A program made the position numbers and the translations under genes. A stretch of 64,000 bases of DNA from Anthoceros angustus (taxonomy: Eukaryota; Plantae; Anthocerotophyta): assembly GCA_010909165.1 (NCBI GenBank), contig MU008180.1:743884-807883 (forward strand). Reading direction: 5' to 3'. The notes beneath the pieces are model-generated. The model was not told the DNA's origin, searched no databases, and saw only the letters and a list, made by a program, of their open reading frames with translations. Numbering within the stretch: position 1 is the first letter of the stretch; the number at the start of each line of letters is the position of its first letter. Shown here piece after piece: positions 10,188 through 22,439 of this stretch.

Positions 10188-13111
10188 ACCTCGAAGATGC
10201 CCTGCGTCATTCAACGGGAACACTATCCTGCACAATGACCTCATCGATATGGTATGGCGGATAAAGAGCAATTGCCTATATGTGATCTTGGACAGCAGCC
10301 TGCAGAGTGTAGAAAGATTGAGTAGACTTAGTGTTCCATTGAACGTATCCTACACGAAACATGTTAGTAAGGCGGTAAACCGCTTGTCCATCTTGTGGTC
10401 CTGGCTTGCCTCGACCGAGAGGCCAACAAATTTTGAGAATGTAAGCAACGCGGCCATCGCTGACTGCATGACATATTACATGTGGTTTCCATCTTCGAAT
10501 GCTTCCTCTGCCTCCCGGTTTTTGGTCCGGAGACCCGTTAGCTCTTCCAACCTCTCTAGCATCTCGTTCATGTGTGTGGCCCGGGCTTGCTCTAAGGGCT
10601 CCTAGTCTCTACGTAGGTCATAGACCTCCTACTCCAACTCCTGCAGCCGGGTTTTGGCCGCCTCCTCCCGTAGCCTGCCCTCCCCTCGGTGGTACTCTCG
10701 ATCCGCTTAGTTCTTCTCTTGCTTCTCCTTCCTGGCCCTCGGCTGTGCCTCCAAGGGCTCTGCTGGGCTTCCCTTCCCTTCGCTTTGTGGACTCGGCATC
10801 CTTCCTGGCGTCCTCCGTGACCCTCCTAGCGGCCTCCTCTGCCCTGAAAGCTTCCTTTGCCGTTTGCCGTGCCCTGCCCAACTCTTGGCTCAAGGCCTCT
10901 GCCCAGTCCCTCGCCTCCTATGTTGCCTCAGTTGTTCGCACAGCTGCAGGACCTTAGCTCGGTCTTGAAGAGCGGGATGCTGGCGGAGCCGGCATCCCGC
11001 TCCACCGACCGGCGCTGCTCTTCTTCCACTCGCGCTCTGGTCTTCGTCTTTTTCCTGGCTGCTTGGGCCGCCTCTATCTGGCCTTGCAACTCCACCATCC
11101 GTTGCCGCATGGCCTCTACCTTTTGTGTCTTCTCAGTGGCACGGAAGAGGCCCCAAGCCATTCCATCGGCGACAACCACCAATACCTGGCGAGCTCCCTC
11201 CATTGCCGTTGCCGGCGAATTCCCTTCAAACCCCTCCGCAGGAGATGACATCTCTCAATCTACCAGGGTGTGCCAGACCGCCCTGCGGAGCTAGTTCGTC
11301 ATGGTTACTCCGGCCTCTAGTAGGGGGCCTAGGTCCTGGCTGTCCGGTGCCTGCCCTTCTACTTCTTTGGCCCTCTTGGCGACCAACTCCTTCTCTGCCC
11401 TCTGTCCGCCCATGGCAATCCCAAATTGGTAGGGGTAAAGATGCGCTTAGAACTGCTCCCGGAGTTGAATGATAATACTGTGGCTTATGAGGTGCAAGAA
11501 CGCCTCTCCAACAGCGATAGGCACACCCAAGGCGTGGACTTCTCTATAGCTAGTAACATATTGGCACTCAATACCTGAGAGATCCGGTGGGGGGTCTCGC
11601 CCCTTGCCACTGGCCGCCATAATGAAAGATCGGAAAAACCATTAGAAGGATCCCTGAGCAAAATAATCCCGAAAGTGGTTGTAGATTGTCCCCATACACC
11701 TCGAAGATGCCCCTCGGTCATTCCCAAGCGGGAACACTATCCTGCACAATGACCTCATCGATATGGTATGGCGGATAAAGAGCAATTGCCTATATGTGAT
11801 CTTGGACAGCAGCCTGCAGAGTGTAGAAAGATTGAGTAGACTTAGTGTTCCATTGAACGTATCCTACACGAAACATGTTAGTAAGGCGGTAAAACTGCCT
11901 TGTCCATCTTGTGGTCCCGGGCTTGCCCCTGGACCGAGAGGCCAACAGCTTGGAGAATGTAAGCAACGCGGCCATCGCTGACTGCATGACATATTACATG
12001 TGGTTTCCATCTTCGAATGCTTCCTCTGCCTCCCGGTTTTTGGTCCGGAGACCCGTTAGCTCTTCCAACCTCTCTAGCATCTCGTTCATGTGTGTGGCCC
12101 GGGCTTGCTCTAAGGGCTCCTAGTCTCTACGTAGGTCATAGACCTCCTACTCCAACTCCTGCAGCCGGGTTTTGGCTGCTTCGGCCTCCTCCCGTAGTCG
12201 GTTCCTGTCTCGGTGGTAATACTCTCGATCCGCTTAGTTCTTCTCTTCCTCCTCGGCCCCATGCCTCCAAGGGCTCTGGGCTTCCCTTCGCTTTGTGGAC
12301 TCGGCATCCTTCTGGCGTCCTCCGTGACCTCCTAGCGGCCTCCTCCGCCTCAAAGCCTTTGCTGCTTGTGTGCCCAACTCTTGGCTCAAGGCCTGCCCAC
12401 CCTCGCCTCCTATGTTGCCTCGCTTGTTGCAGACACAGGACCTTAGCTCGGTCTTGAAGAGCGGGATCTTTGGCGGAGCATCCCGCCTCCACCCCGCCCG
12501 GCTCTTCTTCCACTCGGCCTGGGTCGCCTTTTCCGGGCGCCGCCTCTATCCGCCTTGCAACTCCACCATCCGTGCGCATGGCCTCTACCTTTGTGTCTTC
12601 TCGGCACTAAGAGGCCCAAGCCATTCAGCCGACAACCACCAATACTGGCGAGCTCCCTCCATTGCCGTTGCGGCGAATTCCCTTCAAACCCTCCGCAGAT
12701 GACATCTCTCAATCTACGGTGTGCCGCCTGGAGCTAGTTCGTCATGGTTACTCCCGCCTCTAGGGGCCTAGGTCCCGCCCGGCTCCTTCTTTTCTTTGGC
12801 CCTCACACCAACTCGCCCATGGCAATCCCAAATTGGTAGGGGTAAAGATGCTTAATCGCCCTGAGTTGAATGATAATCATGGCTTATGAGGTGCAAGAAC
12901 GCCTCTCCAATGATAGGCACACCCAAGGCGTGGACTTCTCTATAGCTAGTAACATATTGGCACTCAATACCTGAGAGATCCGGTGGGGGGTCTCGCCCCT
13001 TGCCACGGCCGCCGCCATAATGAAAAGATCGGAAAAACCATTAGAAGGATCCTCGGGAGCAAAATAATCCCGAAAGTGGTTGTAGATTGTCCCCAACAGA
13101 CCACCTGAAGA
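10188..13111. repeat. ~1.5-kb tandem duplication; second copy is deletion-rich
   Basis: 10188-11697 is repeated as 11698-~13102. The identical ORF start MVWRIKSNCLYV occurs at 10249 and 11763. Copy 2 is about 100 bp shorter through many small deletions. Confidence 0.9.
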
Positions 13112-13820
13112 AAGCGCAGGGCAGTGGCAAGAGCCCTGCCGAAGATCGCCATGTTAAGACAAAAAGGCTCCTCAGCAATGAAATCTAGAATATCCTGTGA
13201 AATGAGGTCAATAAGGGCTGGGTGAAGGGCGCGAAAAGCGACAATGGTCTCCTCGAAGGAAGCCAGCAGTGTAGGAAGAAGCAAGCCTCATCTGAGCCTC
13301 CCATGCTGCACAATCGAAGTCCTGTTGCTTGTGCCTAATGTGACATTGAAGTCCTGTTGCTTGTGCCTAATGTGACATTTCAACCCCTTAACCCCACAGC
13401 AAAGCTAAGCGCAGACCTGACAGAGAGCGTCCTTTAAGAGGGGTGGACCACACCATTGAGGAGAACGCAGAAAGAAACAATCTATGCAAGCTAGAACCAA
13501 AGTTGCATAGGACAGATGGCAGAAAGCAAGGAACAACCTGCAAACGACTGCCTGAGGGTGTTAGGGTTGAAGAGACTAGATTGGCCGGAGGCCCCAACGT
13601 AGAGAGGCTGCAACCCACCGGAACCTCGACAACCCATCGCACAAACGCCCGCACCGGCTACTCCATGTAAAAACTCAACCTAGGATTTTTAGGATTGACG
13701 GGGCCCGCCGGAACATGACGGCCCCGTCAATCCACCACCATAGCACCTGTCGGCCCGCTGCCCTGTCAACACACCGACCCGCTGGGGAGCTGGAAGGCGG
13801 GCCACCCCTCGGAGCCCACT

Positions 13821-13945
13821 CGCCACCGCGCTGTTCCCGTTGGCCACCGCACTGTTCCCGTTGGCCACCGCGCTGTTCCCGCTCGCCACCGCGCTGTTCC
13901 CGCTCGCCACCGCGCTGTTCCCGCTCGCCACCGCGCTCCTCCCGC
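13821..13945. repeat. GC-rich 21-bp minisatellite (CGCCACCGCGCTGTTCCCGCT), about 6 copies
   Basis: Directly visible tandem units. Confidence 0.88.
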
Positions 13946-14327
13946 TCTGCACACCGCACACCGCACATCGCACACCATACACTCCATCCAATTGTGTATT
14001 GGGCATGGTTACGAGTGTTCGTTGCAAGTAGGGTTTGAAGTTCGCACATTCGTCGACGAGACTAGGCCTCGTAGAGTCATCTACGACTTCGAGAGCAACT
14101 TTGTCCGCTTGTACCGGACGTGGAGCGGCGGCAACAGATCCCGTGACGCTATGGACGAACGACCAACTGCGGACCCGAGGAGGCAGGTGCACTGCAAGAA
14201 GAGCTGCGTGAGCTCATCACAGAGCTCGAGGCCCACAGCATGCGCAGTCACAAGAGGAGGAGGGTTCAAGCGACCTGCGACAGTAGTAGACTGAGGGGTC
14301 AGGGCAAGTGCCGCGCGCAAAGGGGAA

Positions 14328-14463
14328 GGATGCAAAGGGAAAGGGGGCAGGAGGGACTAGCTCCAAAGCTCAAAGGATGCAAGGGAAAGGGGGCAGGAGG
14401 TACAAACTCCAAAGCTCAAAGGATGCAAGGGAAAGGGGACAGGAGGTACAAACTCCAAAGCTC
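14328..14463. repeat. ~46-48-bp tandem repeat x3 (GGATGCAAGGGAAAGGGGGCAGGAGG...CTCCAAAGCTC)
   Basis: Three visible copies. Confidence 0.8.
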
Positions 14464-15909
14464 CGGAAAAGTGGGCCGTGCGGCACGGCTAGAGCAAGCA
14501 CTGGCATGGAGGGGCAAGCCACCGCCCAAAGTCGAACTAAGGAGGGGCATCTGGCTGCAGAGGAGGTCCGGGAATTGTGGCATTAACGAGGACAACTGTG
14601 GTTGCCATCAATGCATGCATGACCGGCGCCATATCCCTTATGCTTGAATTAGCGGAGAAGGTGTGAAACCTCAAGCTGCAATGGACGGAGATGGAGGAAG
14701 TTATGGACAAGACCCCACTACTGGAGATGGCATGCAACCACGAGAAAATGTCGCAGGAGTCACAGCTGTTGTGTTCATGAAGTACATGACTGCAGCCATA
14801 GCTACCTCCTTCAACCCAACCAGCCCTATGAGAACTACTTTTGAGTTTGGTGCACATCCTCCCCCTCCTTCCAATGTCCCTCCTTCCTCTCCTTCCCCTT
14901 TCTCTCCTCCCCCTCCTTCCCCTTCCCCTCCTTCCCCTTCCCCTCCTCCCCCTCCTTTTCCCTTTCTTTCCGGGTATGCATCTCACTCCCCCTCCAATTC
15001 CACAAGGTTAGCTGGTTGCACCTCGCCCCTCTATGGCACAGCCGACTGCACCCCCCCCTTCCGGTTCGTAAGTACCTCCGGCCAGGGTTGTAGAGTTTGT
15101 AACTCCTCCTCTTCAGGTTGCACAGAGCCAGTCTCTAAGATCTCATGCAGCCCACGAGCCTGGTTTTGCATGCAGCCCATGAGCCTGGTTCTGCACACAG
15201 CCCATAAGCCGGATTTCGGATCACAGGAGGATGGCACACCTGCTCTCATACTCTTCTAGAATTGAGGGGATTGAGAAGAGTGGAGGATGCAGCACGTAGG
15301 ACATAGAGGATCCTTTTCAGCGCTTCCACCATAAGGTGGGAGATTTTTTTCTGAGATCTTTTTTTGTTGAATGGAGGCATGAGCCCAGCTGTGTATGAGC
15401 CCAGCCATGTTTTTTTTGGTCGCATATGTGGTCCGCATCCTTGCATTCCCCCATCGGACTCGTAATGAAGCGAAGGAGCAGGCTTCCCGGCTTTGCAGTG
15501 GGGGCCGACCGTTGTAGAAACCCTACGGGGCTACTCTGAATTATATCCACGATCACTTGGAGGAGGCCTTGCCATCTCTGTCTGGCTATCCTATAGACTC
15601 GCAGTTCACCAACGTGCTAGCTACTCTACCTGTGCAGATTGTAAAAACCCCTGCTTCAATTTCCTTGCTTGGCTATGAACATGCAACGAAGGGTGATATC
15701 TAGGAGCTGGTCACTATATACTCTACATTCCCTCAGGGTCGCACCTGAGCAACAACAGAGAGTGACAAGATTTCAAGATACAGATCTCAAAGCTGCTTCC
15801 AGCTGGCCATGACTTGTTCACAAAACCTCACAAGACGCGCTAACCCTAGCTGTACATGGGAGCACAAGAAGGTGCTCCCCAAGCCTAACAAAGTAAAGAA
15901 AGAATTCTG

Positions 15910-16360
15910 CTAAACCCTTCCCTCCCACAAGCATTGTGGAAGGCCAGCAGCCTCCTCTAGTATTTGCTTCACCAAAGGTGGCGGGTTGAGCCCCATGCTC
16001 TCCGCCCTGTTCCAGCGATCTAATCTGGACAATCCTAAGCAAGGGCCAAACTTCATGTTGAGGTCGAAGTCCTTCAAGGTCTCCTCCACATCGTACCCTT
16101 CTGCATCAAACAGGTTACAAGAAAAGGACAGCTTAACGAACGAGCGACCTCCATGCGTAGGAGGAAATCCTAAGAAGAAAGCTCAGGAACTTACGGAATG
16201 TGCGCAGAGGAGTGGCGCCCTCTGCCGTCCTCAATTCCTCTTTCAGTTGAAAGCCTCCTGGCTTGTGCAGATCAGCGCCGGGAGGGCTGCCCCCACCTGG
16301 CTTCTTGAATCTATCGATGGAACTCTGCTTCTTTTGCTTGAAAACCTCGCCCAGATTCAT
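15910..16360 (-). CDS. POLD4: DNA polymerase delta subunit 4 (p12); exons 16360-16195 and 16100-15910, 118 aa
   Basis: The spliced product MNLGEVFKQKK...GYDVEETLKDFDLNMKFGPCLGLSRLDRWNRAESMGLNPPPLVKQILEE...QCLWEGRV* carries the POLD4 signature FD.N..FGPC.G..RL.RW.RA...GLNPP and the CLW..RV end. The phase-1 GT-AG intron joins in frame. The ORF track missed exon 2. Confidence 0.93.
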
Positions 16361-16897
16361 GGCGACTGGGGCTCTCTACACCACCTCAAAGAAGCGCTCC
16401 TGCTCCAATTCCGGTAGCTTGTGTTCCGCGTGCCTGTTGCAGATGAACGCCCGACGACGCCAACAGCGACACCTCGCTGGCCAGTGAAACAAAAATTTCA
16501 AATCTCCACTGCCGGTTCGCAACCCTATACATAATTGCGAATAGGGGTCGCCAACGTCTCCAATTTGTTACGCGTACAACATTTCAATTTTGGAGTTTCT
16601 TTAAACTTCACATGTGCGTTCACACCAGCTCGATTTGTGCCCGCCCGTTGGTATTGGGTTTTTTCAGCCTTCCTGCAGCACCCAGCCATGGCCGTTTTGC
16701 CGCAGACTTGAATAGCCCTGGCATTTCCCAGACAGAAGAGGCTCTAGAGTGTACGTGTACAAAGGGTGAGAGTGTAAACCCCACCCTACCTGGACTGCCA
16801 ATGCAAGCAATCAAACTTGTGATAGCAGGCTCTGGAACGGCCCAAGCTGCAGATGAATTCAGGAATATGCATTTTGATCAGCGAGGCTATGATCCAT

Positions 16898-18968
16898 TCA
16901 CAGGGACGCTGTAACCACGTGACAAGCCTTTCTCCCGTTCCGAGTCCCGAAGAATAGCGCAGGGCTGACCATGGTTTTCATAGCGCCCATAAATCTGCCC
17001 AACCTGGTGGAATTCCTCACAGCATCCTGATCCCTTAACCTCAAGTCTTCCTGCAGGTCGGTCACCATCAACTCGGCCCTTTCCCTTTCCCTCTTCCCAC
17101 TATCCTCCTCCGGATCCCGCTGCTGCTCCAAGGCGGAAATCCTATTCAGAATGTCTGCCCACCTGGCCTTCTCTAACTCGACGTTCCTCTCCAAGCCCTC
17201 CACGCGCTTGAGCAACTCGCAGGCCTCCTCCTGTTCCCGCTTCCGAGTCACAAGCATGGAATTACTCTCATTCTCAGGCTGCTGCACTTGGACCGGGACA
17301 TGGACGAACTCCTCGTCGGCGACCTCGATCTTGGGCACCTTGTTCCCCCTCTCCCAAGCTTCTTCCACCTCCCGACCCACAACGCTATCAGGCCCGCGCA
17401 CACGCTTCCTCGTCCCAGCACCCGGACCAGGACCCGACCCATATCCGCGTTGCTGCTGCTGCTGCAGCTCCTCCCCCCGCCTACCGGTGACGACGCTTCC
17501 CACACCCTGCTCCAGGCCCAGGCCCAGGCCGGCGATCGGGGCGGCATGCACCATCTCCGCTCCTCCCCTCACCTCGAAGAAGTAATCCATGGCCTCCTCC
17601 ACATACCGCAGCAGAAACTCCCTGAGCGACTCCGACAGGCGGCACCTTCGCCCGGTGGCCTGGTCCAGCACGTTCTCGATCCGGATGATCCTGGTGGACA
17701 CCCAGTCGAAGCGCTTGTTGGAGTAGAGCTCCTCCTTGAAGGCGAACACCTGCGTGTGCGCGAGCTGGCGGTCTGGGTTGGTGAATCCCAGCCCGGGCCT
17801 GCGCATCCTGATGTAATCCCGCAGCCTGGGCTCGAGGCTGTCCGCGGCCAGACCCTTGGACAAAGACGGCGCCCGAGCCGGCACCTTCCTGGAGCTCCGC
17901 GGCTGCTGCACAATGTAGCGCTCCAGCTCCCGGAACCTGTCCTGCGCCGCGCGCTGCTCGGGAACGGGGCCCGTGAAATCGATCCCCATGAAGGCGCCCA
18001 CCACTTCCGGCCTCAGAGACAGCGTATAGCGGGAATTGATCCGCAAGAGCCCCCGCTGGGAGTCCCAGCCGTCCACCTCGTACTCCTGGCTCAGCACCAG
18101 GCGGCAGAAATGGCCTCGGAACGGCCTCCGCTCCCCGTCCCTGTTCACCAGCCCCAGGCTCCTGAGCGCCGAGTGCCGGTCCTCCGAGCCCCCGCCTACC
18201 GGTGACGACGCTTCCCACACCCTGCTCCAGGCCCAGGCCCAGGCCGGCGATCAGGGCGGCATGCACCATCTCCGCTCCTCCCTCACCTCGAAGAAGTAAT
18301 CCATGGCCTCCTCCACATATGCAGCAGAAACTCCCTGAGCGACTCCGACAGGCGGCACCTTCGCCCGGTGGCCTGGTCCAGCACGTTCTCGATCCGGATG
18401 ATCCTGGTGGACACCCAGTCGAAGCGCTTGTTGGAGTGAGCTCCTCCCGAAGGCGAACACCTGCGTGTGCGCGAGCTGGCGGTCTGGGTTGGTGAATCCC
18501 AGCCCGGGCCTGCGCATCCTGATGTAATCCCGCAGCCTGGGCTCGAGGCTGTCCGCGGCCAGACCCTTGGACAAAGACGGCGCCCGAGCCGGCACCTTCC
18601 TGGAGCTCCGCGGCTGCTGCTGCTGTAGCGCTCCAGCTCCCGGAACCTGTCCTGCGCCGCGCTGCTCGGAACGGGGCCCGTGAAATCGATCCCCATGAAG
18701 GCGCCCACCACTTCCGGCCTCAGAGACAGCGTATAGCGGGAATTGATCCGCAAGAGCCCCCGCTGGGAGTCCCAGCCGTCCACCTCGTACTCCTGGCTCA
18801 GCACCAGGCGGCAGAAATGGCCTCGGAACGGCCTCCGCTCCCCGTCCCTGTTCACCAGCCCCAGGCTCCTGAGCGCCGAGTGCCGGTCCCTCCGAGCCCC
18901 CGCCTTCATCAAAGGCGACTCCCTCAGCCTCCCGTAATTCAAGAGCTCCTCCCCCTTCTCAACCTCGG

Positions 18969-19005
<37 letters not shown>

Positions 19006-19100
19006 AGGCTCGGGCTCAGGCTGCGCCAGCAGCAACTTCCCAATTCCGCACTCCTCCCTGTTGAGGCTCTGGGAAATCTCATCCTGAGGCCCCCCGTCTG
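16898..19100 (-). CDS. Uncharacterised protein (PE-repeat N-terminus, globular domain, C-terminal coiled coil), interrupted by a tandem duplication in this assembly
   Basis: ORFs 18283-19035 and 16898-18220 encode the same domain (RHSALRSLGLV...FDWVSTRII). An upstream acceptor near 19103 and a possible donor near 16970 suggest further exons. Confidence 0.55.
17474..18905. repeat. ~710-bp tandem duplication inside a coding exon
   Basis: CCCCCGCCT occurs at 17474, 18189 and 18897. The copy at 18189-18896 has frameshifting indels. Confidence 0.92.
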
Positions 19101-20102
19101 TTCACAACCGGAACCGGGAACGTTAGCCGAGAAATGCATGACTGATCTGCAGCGGAGTCGAGACCCAAGATTTGCCGACCTCAAGCTGGCACCAAACCCC
19201 ATGCATGCATCACATTGTTCACGTAGAGTAGCAAAAATCAAGAAGCCATCAGGCATGGAAGCAGGAAAGCTGCTGGGTTGTTGTACCGTAATACAGGGAT
19301 GCATAGCAGTTACTGTAGCGTCCTGGAAGCTTCCCCCTGCGGCATGAGGCACACGGTTCACGCTTCAGTGTGCCCAACAGGGAGCATGCGGAGTGGTTAA
19401 CCGAGAGAGGGAGAATGATCGGACCGTGGAAGATGGGAGACGCTGTCTGAAACACACTCCTGGCACCTCATCGCAGGCCTGGCAGTTGCAGTTGCAGTTG
19501 CAGTTGCAGCACTTCGTGGTGTGGTCTGAAACGGAATTACGTATCGCAATCGCAATGGAGGCGAGGTCGAGGGACTCGCGGTGTGGGTGGAGGTGAAGCT
19601 GGTGCGGCGGGGAGTGGTGGAGCGGATGGAATTTTCAAGATATGGGGCAATTGGCGCCTTTGGGTGATGTGGGTGTGATAAGGGGAGGGGAGGGAACTCG
19701 GAAGGGAGGACGGGAGTGATGATGGGCATGGAAGTGTACTTGGCGCTGCAACCTGCAACTGCACATGATGGTGGGCAGTGGAAGGGGTGGATTTTGGGAA
19801 AGAGTAATAAAAGATATTATTATTGTACCCATGTAACAAGGTGGTTCGTCGGGGACGTCGCGAAACCGGGAGGGAATAACCTATAACCTCCTACCGGCCA
19901 GTTGCCCCGCCTCGCCCCGGCCCAGCCCCAACGGCCCCGCACTGGCAGCAGGACCAGGACATCATCATTGCCGGCAGCAGATTTCGGGGCAGCTGCTGGC
20001 TCCGACTCCAGTCCTGCCTCCCGCAGGCTATCCCGTATCGCGTATCGAGTCGCGCGTCTCACCGTTTTTTTGCACGTCTCGCGCACAGGAGTCTGGCATT
20101 CC

Positions 20103-21373
20103 ATGAAGGAGCAGGAGGTGAAGGGATCGTCGCTGGCGGGGTCTGCCATCAAGGAGGTGGGGAGGGGAGCACATGGCATCATATGACATGACATGGCATG
20201 AGATGAGATGAAATGAGATGAGATGAGATGAGAGGACAGCCCAGCTGAGCCTGAGCCTGAGCCTGAGCCTGCAGCCGTTTGTGGGTTGGGGCCGGGCTGC
20301 CGCACTTTTGCCTCTGAAGCTTTGGTGCCCTTGTGGGCACTGGTGGCGTGTCGCAGGAAGCAAGTTTTCTGTTTGCGGAGCTGGTGGATTATTTGATCAC
20401 GGATGTTGCAACGGAGGCACACAGAGCTGCCCGTCTGGGGTTCGACTACCGGCTGGACGTGGAGGAGGAGGAGGACGCGCGGTCGTCAGATAAAGAACGG
20501 GACGATGCGGGAGATGCCGGTTTCAGTGGAGCAGGAGCGGACAGTGGCAGCAGCAAGTATACGGTGGACGTGTTCGGGCAGACGCATCCGGCCATTGCCA
20601 CTGACGCGTTTGATTGCATGAACTGTGGGCGGTCCATTGTGGCAGGCCGCTTTGCACCGCACTTGGAGAAGTGCATGGGTAAGGTGGGTGTTTTGGCAGC
20701 CGGGAACTACCCCTCTTGTCTGTCATGTGTGCAAGGCAAGACTGTCTGTGTGGGTTCTAAGCGGGCTCTGGGGTTTAGTGCACAGGTTTTTCAGACAGGA
20801 AATGGAGGATACGGAAAGGCTAAAGGCCTGGTCTTGTCTTGTCTCTCAGGCTTTTCTTTTTTCCGACCTGTCCCCGCTCGTCCTGCTTTGCCATTGCTCC
20901 TCATGCTTGACTTGCACGCAGGGTAGAAGAGCACGGCTTAAGACTGTCAAGAACAACATCCAGGTACCACAGCAAAAGAGATCCCGGAGTAGTCCTAGTT
21001 CTTCACATGGAACTGCCCTTGTTCCCCTTGGCTCCATTGGGAACAGATCCTACAACAAGTTGCAGATGCAGAAAGAAGCACAGAGGGTCGCTGAGCTCAA
21101 CGATGAGACATCTGATGAGGCCCACGAAGATGAAGACAAGGTTAGTTGCATCTGATTACTAAATGGCTTGGCAATGTCTTCCTTTTTGCGACGCCGTTCC
21201 CACAAGTCTCTAGTGCCAGGGGTGAACTTGCGCTGTGGGGTGCGCGAGTTTCGGCCTGTCAGTAGCCAGTGACAGATTTGAAGCTTGTCTGTGCAGTCAT
21301 GACCCTACTGTATTGAATCTTTCAGGTCCGTCGTGCTAGACTCCAAGGTGGCCAGTGCCAAGTCTCTGCATGA
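20103..21373 (+). CDS. SGF11: SAGA-associated factor 11 (deubiquitination module); exons 20103-20156, 20357-20683, 20922-21140, last exon tentative (21326-21373)
   Basis: LVDYLITDVATEAHRAARLG...KYTVDVFGQTHP...FDCMNCGRSIVAGRFAPHLEKCMGK|GRRAR is the plant Sgf11 signature and zinc finger. The introns are GT-AG and phase 0. Confidence 0.92.
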
Positions 21374-22439
21374 GATAAGATATTTGAGAAGAGGTCAGTT
21401 TGTTTGGTGCAGTGCGGTCTGTTATTGTCGATAAATGTCTGACATGACGATGGTGTCAGTCGTGCAGCAGTGTGATGGAATCTAATGTCATGTTTTGCTC
21501 GCAGGATGTGTGTTACGGTCAAGCACACCACCCTGTGAAATCCAGATCCTGGAAAAGGTCTGCTGCCTCTTGGACCCTGGATCGCGATGAGGGTGTTAAG
21601 GGAGCGGAGCAGCAAGCTCTTTCACCTCTGGTTCCAGTTCCTGTGAATTTGTCGCCTCCAACCAAACCTTGGAATTCTACCTCATGCTCCACTCTTCAAG
21701 ATACTGCGATGAGGGTAGAAAGCGGAACTGTGCAAGGACTGGCCGTGGAAGTGGATGTCAAGACATCCAATCCCGTTGTCAGTCTGAGGTTTTCAACCTC
21801 TATCCACAAATCCCCTTTGGGGATCTCCAAGGTCGGAATTGTTCGGAGACGGGCTAACCGGGGATCCCGGTAGGCTGCGAACGATGAGCTCTACTGGAGA
21901 AAAGCCCGATTTTCACCCACCTGGAGAGTTGAATGTCACACGGAGTTGCTCGTTTGGGTGCTGTTACATGTGTGAATTATTGGTTCCTTATCTGAAACAA
22001 AGGACAGGTGCCCTACTAATAGGCGACGATTTTTCCGTCACAAAATTGAGGAGCACAGTTAACTTTACACGAAACTCCGTCAAACCTGTCAGTTTGTCGC
22101 AGTAGCTGTTATGAGTCCTCAATTGTATGTCATTGCCGAGATGCGAAGATTCGCATGCCGGTGGCTGAGAGAAAAAATGGGGGCAACCTTGCTTGCACCG
22201 TTTGCATTGGCCTTCGTTTACCAGAAGAGGGAAAAATAGTGGCCACCATTGCAGCTGCTGCGCATCTGCTTGTCCAGCTCCTTTGCTTTCTCAGAGACTT
22301 CGATGGCAGTTCAGTTAGGTTTTCAAGGCAGTCATCTTAGAGCATCCTACTGCATCCCGCTGGTAGTCTTGTAAGGAAACAGACAAATTTCAACCAGGAT
22401 GAGTCATACGTGAAGTACCCTTCCCACATGTACGTTTTT

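Larger units (their letters stand above)
8130..13380. mobile_element. Degenerate transposon-like region, class unresolved
   Basis: No conserved cellular gene is present. It has internal direct repeats and broken minus-strand ORFs with coiled-coil character (e.g. 10928-11251). No termini, TSD or RT/integrase motif was found. Confidence 0.4.
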
